A stretch of DNA of 64,000 nucleotides from Chiloscyllium plagiosum. Lineage: Eukaryota. The notes under the pieces were generated by a model, which was not told where the DNA came from, searched no databases, and was given only the letters and a program-made list of their open reading frames with translations. The DNA is taken from NCBI RefSeq assembly GCF_004010195.1, contig NC_057719.1:93263946-93327945 (forward strand). The letters are read 5' to 3'. The number at the start of each line of letters is the position of its first letter. Positions within the stretch are counted from its first letter, which is position 1. Shown in pieces: positions 23,940 to 35,846 of this stretch. A program made the translations under genes and the position numbers.

Positions 23940-25360
23940 CTGCCTCTTGAGTGTCTGGTTAATTCTCTCAACCTAACCCATTCATAGGAGATCCCTAACC
24001 CGTTCATCGTTCCTGGAGTACCTTGGAGGTAAAGTGAGTTCTTAATCTATACGCTCCACTATTTCATATCAGGGAAGTATGTGTTCAAATATTACCTTGG
24101 TCACCCCACTTGGGGTGGCAGTGGCCAGAGGATGCGCCTCCACCCATCCAGATAAATGATCAACTATTACCAACATATATCTCAGTCTTCCAACTCGGGG
24201 TAATTCGGTATAATCTACCTGGATGCTCGGGAATGGTCTTAGCCCAGCTTCTCTCCCTCCTGGGATTGTTTCCTTAGCACCTTCTTGTTTACCTTCCTGC
24301 ATTTTATGGATCCCTCACATATCTGTTTGACCCTTTGTTTCCATATTTCCTTAAGACTAAATCACACTTTGTTTGCACTCCCCAATGACTCCCCCGATGT
24401 CGGACAGCCATAATCTCTCGCATCATCAGTTTATTCAACAAATTCCTCCCATCGGGTAACATCCAGCGCCAAACCACTGTCTTTGCGGCCCCTAAGTCTT
24501 TTGGTTCCTTTTCCCCCATTGTAGTAAACAACGGGGTACCTTGAGGATCCGGAATTATAGGTATTAGGGAATATATTGCGGCTCCTTGTTGATTCAGGGC
24601 TGCTTCTTTAGCTACCTCATCGGCCAGTCTATTTCCTCTTACTTCCCGATCATTCCCCTTTTGATGTCCATTTATGTGAACTATCGCTATTTCCCTCGGG
24701 AGTAAGAGGGATTCTAGTACTTATTCTATGAATTCCTCATGCGCTAGTTCTTTTCCTCAACTACTTACTCGTCCTCTTTCTTGCCTTTTTTTCCGAATGT
24801 ATGCACCATTCCAAACGCATTTTTGAAGTCTGCGTACACTGGTCCTTCCTTGTCTTCTAAGCCTCTGAGAGCACTTTCTAGGTCATAGAGTCCACAAGTT
24901 TGGGCTGACCAGCCGTTATGCAGTCTTTCAGCCTCGATAACGCTTCACTCTATCCCGTTTACTACATCATATCCATTGTGTATTTTACCCTCAATCATCC
25001 GGGAGGACCCGTCGATAAACAATCAAGTTCCCACATGCAGCAGAATGTCCCTTAAGTCCATCCGTACTTTAGTCTGATATTCAATAATATCAAGGTAGTC
25101 GTGTTCTGGATTACCAGGGGCTTCCCCCTCTCCACGCCACAGGAATCAACTGCCTGTGACTAACACAAGGTCCTCTTTCTCTATTAAAATTGCCTCATAT
25201 TTCAAGATCCTAGAGACTGGGAGCCACCGTCCTGCTTTCTGATTTAGTATGGTCAGTACCAGTGTGAGGTGCTGACTATGAAGGCTCCCCCAAAAGTAAG
25301 TTTCCCACTTCCTTCTACCAATAAGGCTGTTGCTGCTACTGCTTGCACACACTCTGGCCA
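23940..25360 (-). pseudogene. pol: Retroviral pol remnant (connection, RNase H, integrase; RT absent)
   Basis: WPECVQAVAATALL, RILKYEAIL, FIDGSS, HRGSHWG, IQVDYTELP...VDHLSGWVEA. Confidence 0.93.
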
Positions 25361-26496
25361 CTAATGTAGCTTTCCATTCTTTAATTAACAATGAATTAAT
25401 GTTGTCATGTTTTAAATTAGCTATGAATCAATATGACAGGTCATTGAGAATGTGTGAAGGAATCTTGCCAAATAACATTGGTTCAGGCTAATATAATTAT
25501 TTATTATAAATATTAATTACTTTTTATATTGTTAAAATAAAATGATCATTATCTGTAATTCAGGGTGGAAACGCAACAAGTGATTAAAACATTTTAAAAA
25601 CTGTACTCGTCTACTTTATCCTTCTTATTGCATCATTATCTTCCCTTCTGTAGTTGATCTCTTTGCCTTTATTTTCATTTTAACCTCATTTTAACAATTT
25701 CTCCATTTATGCTTCTCTAACTTTAAAGCCTTTTCCTAACTATACATTTTGAAATCTTACTTGTAAATATATTTATTCAGTACTTAATATTTAAAATGCA
25801 AAAAGCACACAGTTCCCAACTTTGAAATTCACTGTATTTACCCGGTTTTAGTCCTTTAATTTAAATCCAAAATTATTTTTCTTAAGTAGTCCTGACTAGT
25901 CATTGCACAATTGCAATGGTATACGTCATGAAATAACTGGAGCTGCCATAAAAGGATTTGTCTATTCAAGTTTAAAAAAACTTCAAATGCATGAATAATG
26001 GCCGAATCCAAGGTCACAGATATTAACGATAGGATTTTTTTTTATTATATGAAACTTCAACTGTCATTGAGGGAGGTGACTTTCTGAATAAAGCTCCGGC
26101 TGGCACATCATCATCACCAATGAAACGCATCAATCTTAAAATTAAGTGGAAACAAATGAATCTAAAACACAAAAAAAAAGGTTATGATGTTGTTTTCCTC
26201 GTATAAAGCTGATCTGAAATCGCTTTTATGTAAGGATAAAAGTGATTAGTTAGAAACTGATAGTATGACAGTCATGACCTGTAAAAAGAACAGGAGTTAA
26301 CATTTTATTTCATAATCACTGTAAAATCGTTAACCTTCAAAGAAATGATGTTAAATTTCCATAATAGAAATCGGATTCAAAACAGTTCCAGATCTCCAGC
26401 TCCAGGGAACAAAGCACAAACTTTCCATCACCTACAAACAAATGTGCATTCAAACCGAATCACAAAGTGTTAAGATTTCTATTAGCTCTACAGCTC
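25361..26496. other. AT-rich non-retroviral insert inside the provirus
   Basis: Abrupt compositional shift, no retroviral motifs, three acceptor-like sites on the minus strand. Confidence 0.75.
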
Positions 26497-26551
26497 TTTT
26501 CTCTCTCTGTCTCTGTCTCTGTCTCTCTCACACACACACGCACACACACAC
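26497..26551. repeat. (CT)n(CA)n compound microsatellite
   Basis: Directly visible. Confidence 0.95.
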
Positions 26552-26965
26552 AATTCCTCTAGAGGCTTCTCGCTCTACCCCTCTAACTTTTGAATATTTT
26601 TCTGGATGTCTGGACATGATTTAGTTAAGAAATGTACCCTCAGTAGCACTTCAGCTACTAACCCTTCCAACACAAAGCATAATCTGATTCCTCCTTACTG
26701 AAAGGATGTTGTCCGTTGACATATAAATTCAAATATTTACAAAACCAGTCTTCGTTCGACCCGTACTTTGGCCAGAAGACGGCGGGGCGAAGAATGGATT
26801 CCTTAGTCCATACAAAGCAACAATCTTTTTCCCATCTTTTCCCCTTGTAGAAATATTATTTTCCAATTTTTCAACATGTTGCCCAACAGGCTTTCTGGAG
26901 GTATGTCTTTTCGTACTTCTTTAGCCTTTACACTAAGCCTCATTTTTGCTTCCTTTGCCTCCCAT
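26552..26965 (-). pseudogene. gag: Retroviral gag remnant (matrix fused by deletion to the capsid C-terminus)
   Basis: MGGKGSK (myristoylation-type start), IPPESLLG, VFWPKYGSNEDW, EESDYALCW, then LLRVHFLTKSCPDIQKNIQKLEG*SEKPLEE. Confidence 0.9.
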
Positions 26966-27033
26966 AGTGGTCAACCGGCCAGTCCCTTAATTTGACAGGT
27001 ATCAAACTCCCAGTCACCAAGACAATTCTAACG

Positions 27034-27135
27034 CTAACCCCAACCAAACCCAGGGTACTCTAACCCCAACCAATCTCAGGGGACTCTCACCCCAGTCAAA
27101 CCCAGGGGACTCTAACCCCAATGCAATCTAGGGGA
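27034..27135. repeat. About 26-bp tandem repeat, 4 copies, in the proviral leader
   Basis: ctctaaccccaaccaatctcagggga-like units. Confidence 0.85.
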
Positions 27136-27557
27136 ACATACCTCCCAAAAGGTATGTTGCCAGGGACCCCGCCTCCATTTCCATTTCCTTTTGTTTTTCC
27201 TGGCGGCTTTTTCTTTACCCTCGGCACAGCCCATATTAAGTTCCTTCGTTAGTCCCTTATTACCTACTAGCACTCAATTCCAGCCACCAAGGCAGTACTT
27301 AAAAGTCAATTTTCCTACCTTGGTCTGTGCACAGAGTTGCCTGGCTCAACGTCTACCTGTGTCTACCGTTCAAGTATTACCAATTAACTCTTTCCTGGTT
27401 CAGAATGACTACCTAAGGGTTCTGGTCAGTTTACCAGGATGGCACCCACCGTCGAGAAATACAGGATTGCTCTAAAAGGGAATGGGACGTGTCTTGCCAG
27501 CCATTCACGGTGCCTACTCCGCCGGTGATGACAGGATGTCGAGTATCAGCCTCCAAT

Positions 27558-28083
27558 TGTGAGAAACGAAGCTCACTGTTCAATAATTTCAGTCTGAGTC
27601 AGATTCTGAAGCTGTCCTTATTCATACAGTCTTTCAAGCCTGGATGACCACATTGTAGGCACACTTCTTAATAATTTTATTGCAAATTTATAGTTTTCAA
27701 TAAGCCACTCTGTACCTCCCCATTTGCGTCATATGTGACACTGGTATTGCTCTGTGTAGTTGCTAATCTAATCAGTTGACCGCATCTGCCTGTGGCCTGT
27801 TGTTAACGTGCAACAAACCCCGACAACCCCCCCCCCCCCCCCCCACCCCCCACCACCCGTCTTGATAATTGGGTCTTATTACTTTGGTGACGCAACACTG
27901 GGTCTTATTTGGTTATCTTGTTCATACTAACTCCCTATGTGCGTCACAATTGCAACTGTCATGTCAATACATCTGTTTCTACCAGTCGACCACCTCCCTT
28001 TACGTTTAGGTATTTCTGGTGTACACCCTCATGATTCCGCCTTGCGATTTTTGCAGAAGCAACATTTGCAAGTGCCTCTCACA
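27558..28083 (-). repeat. 5' LTR (526 bp)
   Basis: Inverted termini TGTGAGA...TCTCACA, followed by PBS-like TGGAGGCTG (priming tRNA not assignable). Confidence 0.92.
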
Positions 28084-28320
28084 GTAACCCTCACTGCATC
28101 AGTCTAATTTCCCATTCTGTCTATTTCTCTGTCTCCTGTACGTACTCAGGAAGTTCCTGACTCAACAAACTTCTCAACTGCTGGGTGGCTCGTCCACCCC
28201 TCATCAAATGCAGTTGGTCAGTCTGAGGGCTTTCAATAAATCTTACAGCGAGGTAAGATAACTCACAGTGAACAGAGCAGAGGACATTCAAAGTGCGAGA
28301 ATCTTCAGCTCACATGACAT
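28084..28320 (-). pseudogene. Leader and 5' half of the V exon split by the provirus
   Basis: KILAL*MSSALFT|gtgagt; LLSQELPE...RQNGKLD*; homologous to 33570-33790. Confidence 0.5.
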
Positions 28321-28719
28321 GCCATAGGTACAGTGCTGGAAGGTAAACACAGAGCATAAAGCTCCCAGGCTCAATCCCCACCCTCTTGGAAGAGGATTAC
28401 TTTCAGCTCTGCTGTCCTGAGCCTGCATGAGACAGTATAGCGAGTTCATAGTTATCAATCAAGACCGGTTCTGTTTCAGTGAGCATCAGTACAACAGTGG
28501 AGAAAACAGGCCTCCCTTATGAAAATGGTATTGAAGCCTGAGATCTTTCTGTTCTCTATTTCCTCCCCAACATGCTCTATTGTCTCATCATAGAGCCACA
28601 CAGCAAGGAAACAGACTGTTCGGTCCACCTCATCTGTGCCAATGCCTTGAACGCTTCTACCTCTGAGACCAGTTCCTTGTCTACAATCCCACTGTGTATT
28701 TAAAACCAATTCCAATGCT

Positions 28720-29990
28720 GACTACTCTCCTGATCTCTGTAAACTGCTCCAATCTGAGTAATGTGTCCAATCCCAGCAATCTCCTCCTTCAGTTATTACA
28801 ATAATCCCTATTTCTGTTATCTTGCACAAAACCTACCACCCATCCTGTCTCTGTAGCATCCTCCAGCCTTTACAAATCACCCCATCTGTTTCCCTTTCCT
28901 CCAGCATCTACAGCACATGATATCGCTGTCACCTTCAATCCCTATAACATTCTTGACCTACACACCACATAACATCTGAAAACATACTATCCCAAGAGAC
29001 CTCCTTATCTGTGTAGACACCTCCAGTCCCTGCAGCCTTTCTTGCCTGTGTAACCGAGTCCAAACCCTGCATCCCTCCCTGTGTATAATGTTTTGAAGCT
29101 ACTTTAACCCTCCCCATGTCTGACAACGCATCCATTCTCTGTGATCTCCTCTGTCGCTGTGACGTTCTCCCATCACGACAATGCTCTGTAACTCAAACTC
29201 CTTCTATCACTACTAGTCTTCCAGACTCTGTAACCTCCTGAAGCCATTAAAACCATCCATGTACCATCTTTGTGCTGTATCCAAGCTCAGTCCCTACAGT
29301 TCTCACTTTCTGTAACCTCCTTCTGTCTAAACAACCATCCAGTGTCTACACCCCTTTGTATTACTAACCTCATCCAGTCACAATAACTACTACTGTAAAC
29401 ATGAATATCGCAGTAAACTATTCCAGCTCCTCGCTATCACTGTACACCATCCTGTCCCTACTACCCTCCCTATCACTGTACGCCATCCTGTCCCTACTAC
29501 CCTCCCTATCATGCCATTTCATCTCTGCAACCCTTACGATCACAACAAATTTCTTCTATTTCTTCAAAACAGTCCAAATCACGGTCAACTCTTCTCTTCT
29601 TACGCCCCTCCATGTGCATGTAATACCCTTGAGTAATTAGAAACATTTGCCTACTACCACCTCTAGAAAAGATGACAATATATATTCCGCTAACGAACAC
29701 CTCCTCCTATATTCCTCCCTGTCACATTAATCTTCTCCAACCCCTTCACACATCCCTGTTAAATCACCTCCTCCAGCCTCCACAGGATGAATGTCCGTCC
29801 CTGTCTCATTAAATGTCGATCAGACTCCAAAGGTCTCTGTAACCTCCCATAGTGAATACATCAATACATCCCTTCCTATCTCTGTCACTTCCCCCAGGCA
29901 CTCCTTTCCTCCTTAGTCACCTCCTCCAATCATACCTTCCCTCCTATCTCCGTAAGCTCACCAAATCAATCCATCCACAACCTCCACAAA
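28720..29990. repeat. Degenerate C-rich minisatellite, about 36-bp unit
   Basis: Near-perfect tandem 36-mers at 29434-29505 (ctatcactgtacaccatcctgtccctactaccctcc) and many decayed copies. Confidence 0.65.
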
Positions 29991-30049
29991 TGACGGGCCG
30001 AAGTTGCTGTGCTGTACTGTCCGATTTTCTAATTTCCTGCCATCTACCA

Positions 30050-30420
30050 TGGCAGAGCCTCTCAGAATACGAGATGTTTCGTTCAATTTAGTTTCCATTT
30101 TTCGAAATGAAAATGTTTCAACCTCAACCTACTTCACCCATCTCCTTTGGAAAATCCCACCATCTCCAGGATCAGCCGAGTGAGCCTTCTCTAACCTGCC
30201 TCCAATACAAGAATATCTTTCATTTGGGAAATCATACTGTTCATATTATTCTAGGTGTGGTCTAACTCGAATCTTGTATATTTTTAGCAAGAACACCCTA
30301 TATCTAGACTCCATTCCCATTGTAATAAATGCCAGCATTTGATTTGCATCCTCTATGACCTGCTGACACTGTAAGCTACCTTCTTCAGTTTGATACACGA
30401 GGATTCGCAAAACCCTTCGT
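30050..30420 (-). mobile_element. CR1 fragment
   Basis: Reverse complement of the YKIRVRPHLE / LEAG.RRL region. Confidence 0.7.
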
Positions 30421-30699
30421 GCAGTCAGTCTGAAGCCAAACGGTGTTACCCTGACAGTAAGTCGGGAATGTGCTGGAGTGTATTATAAATGACATGACAA
30501 TAAATGATAACTGGACACTTAGAAACAATTGGATATGCATGATATTATAAATGAGGAATATTTTTAAATCTATTGGATTCTATGTTTTGGTGAGACCATA
30601 AATGGCAGAATAGATAAGAGTGGGGGAGGCTAGTGGCAGTACGGGGATATTTGAAACTTCAGCGGCATTTTGACAAGTTTCAACCGGGGATAACGCGTA

Positions 30700-32032
30700 G
30701 TGAGAGAGAGAATAGGGCTGCTGAAAAGTCAATGAGGCTGTCTATGTGGAATTACGGTGATCGGGAAGATCCGAATAAAATATTTTGCGCTAGGATTTAC
30801 TTTGGAGAAAGACATGGAAGTTTGGAAACTTGGGAAAATACATTGCAATGTCTTGAACAGAGTTTACATCGGAGAACAGGGGGTGCTGGATGTCTCAAAA
30901 TACAAAAAATGTTGATAAAACTTTGGGACATGATCAGATGTATCCCAACGCCTTGTGAGAAGCAATGGATGAAATTACAGGGTTCCTCGCAGAGATATTT
31001 GTGTCATCGACAGCCACTGCAGACAGTGAGACTGACGGGAGGGTAACTTGTTGGACTAGATTCTGAGAGAAAGGAACATCATGCATTTGGAAAGTCAATA
31101 ACTCATTCATGATAATCAGCATGGCTTTGTGTGTGGAAAAAGATGACTGAGTGTTTGTAGAGGTAGACAAAGAATAGATCAAGGCAGAGTCATGGATGAT
31201 GTCTCCATGGACTTTAGTAAGGCCTTTGACAAGGATTTGCATGGCACATTGGTTAATAAGTTTCGATTACGCATAACCAGGGAGCGCTCACCAACTGGAT
31301 ACAAAATTGAATTCACGGTAGGAGACAGAGCGTGTTCAGTGAGGGTTACTGCTCAAACTGCAGGTCTATGATCAACGGTATGCCATGGGGTTAGGAGCTG
31401 GGCCACAGTTGTACATCATTTATATAAATGTTTGGATGGTAATACAGGAGTCACGGTAAGCAAGTTTGTGACTGACACTGAAATTGGTGCTAAAGTGGAC
31501 AGTGAGGAGGGTTATCTAAGAGTACAGTGGGGTTAACAGTACTGCTGGGACAGTGACTTTAGGAATAACATGGACAAATGCAAGATGTTGTGTTTTGCTA
31601 AGGAAAATTAGGCTGGACTTGTACAGTTAATGTATGGCCCCTTGGTAGTGTTGTCATTCAGAGACCCAGGGATGCAGGTTCATACTTTTTTATGAAAGTG
31701 GCGTCACAGATAGACAGGCTGGTGAAGCAGGCTTTGGGGTGGTTACCTTCCTTGGGCAGAGCATTGAGAGGAGGAGTTGGTATGGCATGTTGTGTCTGAA
31801 CAGGACATTAGTGAAGCCACCATAAAGCATTGTTGATTATGTGGAAAAGCACAATCAGTTCACCTATGTCCTTTAGGGTGGGACATCTGACATTTTAACC
31901 TGTCTGGACTATATGTGACTCCATACCCACAGCAATATAGCTGATTCTCAGCGACGCTCTGGGTAATTAGCAGTGGGGTAAAGAATGTTGGTTCAACTGG
32001 TGACATCCTCAGCCCATGAATGGATAAATAAA
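30700..32032 (+). mobile_element. CR1 RT fragment joined to a SINE/LINE tail
   Basis: NQHGFV, MDFSKAFDK, SKFVTDT; tail ends atgaatggataaataaa. Confidence 0.85.
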
Positions 32033-32299
32033 AATACATATTTCCATCGCTTACCACTGCAAACACCTCCAGCTGCACCGTTCAGGCCCTTGCCCCTCTC
32101 TGTAACACTCTCCCCACCTCCAGCACCTTCACCTCTCCCTGATCCTGTCATCTCTTTAAACCCTGACAATGATTCCCCTTCCACCTGCACTCCTCCTGCT
32201 AGTAGACCTAGAGCAATCTCTTTAATAAATACTTTCATATTTCTAAAGCATTGAATTCTTCAGAATACTTCAGTTTTTTTTTGTCTTCTGAGCATCACT

Positions 32300-32605
32300 T
32301 AATCAAATCTGGTAAATCCTGGGATTTACTGGGGCAAGACCGTTCAAAGTGGGGGAGGGGCATTGGGAATGTGCCGAGCACCTCGAGACTTGCTGTGGGG
32401 TGAAAGGTGAATCCAGAAGAAAAGAGCACAAGGAGTGCGCTGTCACACCAACGACCCACTCAGCCCTTTCCCACGGCCACCTTCTGCCCGACGTGTAACA
32501 GAGTATGTGGAAGAAACATCGGTCTGTGCAACTACCTACAGACTCCCCCAGAGAGTGGGAGAGAGTCAGCCTCGTCTGTGATCCTTCACAAACGAGATGA
32601 TGAGA
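32300..32605 (+). mobile_element. RTE-like LINE 3' end
   Basis: C-terminal zinc-finger remnant FCPTCNRVCGRNIGLCNYLQT and a short (gat)n tail. Confidence 0.65.
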
Positions 32606-32619
32606 TAAGGAAGTGGAAT

Positions 32620-33260
32620 TCCCTTTCAATTGTCCTACTGTCTTTGTTACAAATTCCAATAATTCCCAATGCCATGTCTCACAATGTAATGCTCTAAAAG
32701 GTCCTTAACACTACGCTACCAATTCTGTGTCCTGACGCTTATTACCCAGAATTTAGTCTCCTAATGATGGATAATCTGAGGCCACATATTTTCCTGGTAA
32801 TCCCATTTTTATCCCTAACGATGACCATTCCCCATCCTGCTTCGCATTCTGTCTGACCCTCCACAATGTAGTGCAGCCGTTACTGTTAATGCCCCATATT
32901 TTGTTCCCCCTGTGACCACGTCTCCCTGATGGGGATGAGATAGAAATCACAGTTACACGTTCATATCCCTTATTGCAAATGCTTCGTGCATTCAAATAAA
33001 GAAACAGTAATTTACTTTTTAAATCACAATTTCCTGTCACAAACCTATCAGCAGATGCACAATTTTAGTTAATCTCAGTCCCTTCCTGTTTCGTTCTGTT
33101 TATCCTCAGCCACAGCCCCATGTTTCAATAGTTCAAACTTTCTCCATGGACTTGGGAGTCTCCTTTCAGCTGGGTCCTGTCCCTCCTCGTCTGTGCCGGT
33201 GTACAGCACTCTGTATAAAGCTGGTCATATGATTTATCAGGCCACTGGTCCCAGCACCAT
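32620..33260 (-). mobile_element. Old CR1 ORF1/APE fragment
   Basis: LFLYLNARSICNK in ORF 32753-33040; paralogous to 20710-20950 and 40300-40820. Confidence 0.75.
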
Positions 33261-33290
33261 ACCATCCAATTACAATAGCTGACTTCTCCC

Positions 33291-33790
33291 TGAGTACTGG
33301 TAGCAGTGCTCACTGAATCAGAACCACTTCTTCTGACACGATGGTTTCATCCTGAAATCTTCCTGCACTCTGATGATATCACTCAGACTCTCTCCATGTG
33401 GTGTACCTCATTGTGTGGGTCTAATTGTTGCCTCTGTCAGCACCTCTCACTCTTTTGGCTAGTCCAGATCCTGAGCCAAAAGAATCCTCCGATTAGCAAC
33501 AGCACAGACCACGGACGGGGACTGGGAGTTTCGTGGTCTCTGCTGGACTCAGTGCTACTCTGCACGAATTTTCCTCACAGCGTGTGTCTAATTTCCCATT
33601 CTGTCTATTTCTGTCTCATGCAGGTAACCAGGATGATTCTAACACCTGTCTCATCCATCACCTCATTGAAGATACTTGGTCAGCCAGAGACAGATCGAGA
33701 GGGAGATCTGGAGCCTTCAGTAAATCCTGCAGGTGGTAAGATCACTTACAGTAAACAACACAGGGAGGAGTTAGTGGCCTTCTGTATTCA
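33291..33790 (-). pseudogene. Decayed leader plus VJ-type exon
   Basis: LLPVLFT|gtaagt; RQNGKLD; H*VQQRPRNS (WYQQRPG-like); GSGLAKRV; MER-x7-C; WF*...ALLPVL|gggag. Confidence 0.6.
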
Positions 33791-34409
33791 GACCCGGAAG
33801 ACAGGATATGGACACAGAGCTGGGAAAGGAAAAGCTACATTCTAGGCTTCATTTCCACTATTTTGTGGGGTGCCAGTTTTCACCTCTGCTGTACTGGTAC
33901 ACGCTGAGACAGCACATGAGGTTCCAAGCATCAGTCCTGGCCCATGCTGGATAAATGATCGCTGTAATATCTTCCAGACCCAATAATCCTTCCTCTGTTT
34001 GGAATCTCCTCTAGTCCACACAGTGCTGTCTCTGTCAGGTTCTCCAATACCTAACACCGTAATCCCTAATCTTCTCCAGTAGATACTAAATTCCTTCATC
34101 CCTGTAAACCCCAACAGTCCTGTCTATCCCTGAAAGCTCCTCCTACCAGCACCACCCTCCATGTCAATGTGTTTTTTTCTCTAACCTCTCCATCCATCCC
34201 TATCTGAGGAAACTTCCCCATCTCCCACAACCCTTCATTATCTGTGAAAAAAGCGTAATCTCCTTATCCTTCTGCAATTCTTCGATCTTAATCTATTTAA
34301 ACTTCACCTTTGGCACACCCCTACCAACTCTGTTGGTCGGTCTACATACTGTGTCAGGAAGTCCTCCTGCACACACTGGGTAAAAACTGACCCATCTATA
34401 GTACTCGTA

Positions 34410-35328
34410 CTATAGTGTTCCCAGTCAATATTTGGTAAGTTGAAGTCCCCCATCACAACTACTCTGTCTCACTCATTCCTATCGAGAATCATCTTTGCTA
34501 TCCTTTCCTCTACGTCTCTGGAACAATTTGGAGGGCTATAGAAAACTCCCAACAGGGTGACCTCTCCTTTCCTGCAATAGGGTTAGGGTTCTAACTTCAG
34601 CCGATACTACCTCAATTGACGAGTCCCAAACATCCTTTCCGCAACTGCAATAGTATCCTGGACCAACAATGCCACACTTTCCACTCTTTTACCATCTTCT
34701 CTGTTCTTACCAAAACATCTAAATCATGGAACCTGCAACCACCATTCCTGTCCCTGCTCTAACCATGTCTCTGAAATGACCACAACATCGAAGTCCCAGG
34801 TACTAAACAAATGCTGCAAATTCACCCATGTTATTCCGGATGCGCCTGGCGTTGAACTAGACACACTTCAAACCAACGTCTTCCTTGCCGGTGCCATCTT
34901 GCGTCCCTGAAACTTAATGTTGGACCTCCCTACTCTCAACCTTTTCTATACTTGAACTGCAGTTTTGGTTCTCATCCCCCTGCTGGATTAGTTTAAACCC
35001 ATCCCAAAAGCCTTAGCGAATCCCCCCCCTCCCCACCCACCAGAGACAACATCTCTGTTCGTCCTAGCTCGAAGCTTCCATCCTAGCTCCCTCAATTTGT
35101 GCCTTAAATCCCCATCTCTCTTCTTATCTATGTCGTTGGTGCCTATGTGGACCACGACTTGGGGCTGCTCCCCCTCCCCCATAAGATCCGAAAAACACAA
35201 TCAGAGACATCATGAAACCTGGCACCTGCGAGGCAACACACCAACCGTGAGTCTCTCTCGTCCCCACAGAACCTCCTGTCTGTCCCTGTAACTATGGAGT
35301 CCCCAATGGCTACTGCTCTGCTCCTCTT
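34410..35328 (-). mobile_element. CR1 ORF1 esterase and APE fragment
   Basis: AVAIGDSIV, VCCLAGAR, VVVHIGTND, CVxFNARRI, VVMGDFN. Confidence 0.92.
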
Positions 35329-35846
35329 GTGGAACGTTTCAGAGAACACCTCTGGGACACCCGGACCAACCAACCCAACCACCCCGTGGCTCAACACTTC
35401 AACTGCCCCTCCCACTCCACCAAGGACATGCAGGTACTTGGACACCTCCATCGCCAGACCATAGCAACACGACGGTTGGAGGAAGAGCGACTCATCTTCC
35501 GCCTAGGAACCATCCAACCACAAGGGATGAACTCAGATTTCTCCAGTTTCCTCATTTCCCCTCCCCCCACTTTGCCGCAGTCAAATCCCTCGAACTCAGC
35601 ATCGCCTTTCTAACCTGCAATCTTCTTCCTGACCTCTCTGCCCCCACCCCACTCCGGCCTATCACCCTCACCTTGACCTCCTTCCACCTATCGCATTTCC
35701 AACGCCCCTCCCCCAAGTCCCTCCTTTTAACTTAGTCTGCTGGACACCCTTTCCTCATTCCTGAAGAAGGGCTTCTGCCCGAAACGTCGATTCTCCTGTT
35801 CCTTGCTGCCTGACCTGCTGCGTTTTTCCAGCAACACATTTTCAGC
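35329..35846 (+). mobile_element. Penelope-like element 3' end
   Basis: ERFREH...PVAQHFN...RRLEEERLIFRLGTIQPQGMN (GIY-YIG C-terminus) plus tail. Confidence 0.92.
35761..35788 (+). ncRNA. Minimal hammerhead ribozyme core
   Basis: CTGAAGA-a-gggc-ttct-gccc-GAAAC-GTC. Confidence 0.6.

Larger units (their letters stand above)
22109..28083 (-). mobile_element. Defective endogenous retrovirus (ERV1 / gamma-epsilon-like class)
   Basis: Two LTRs, polypurine tract at 22397-22417, and gag, RNaseH, integrase and env remnants in the canonical order. Confidence 0.95.

Noticed and set aside
26075..26350. C/D-box snoRNA-like motifs in the ERV insert
   Set aside because: No properly spaced RTGATGA...CTGA pair with a terminal stem.
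30420..30495. Plus-strand VTLTVSRECAGVYY V-like fragment
   Set aside because: A single motif with wrong spacing, on the opposite strand to the array.
33624..33735. Plus-strand exon with good acceptor and donor (paralog 28142-28252)
   Set aside because: The paralogs do not share a conserved reading frame, the 28 kb acceptor is AC, and the minus-strand V reading explains more of the homology.
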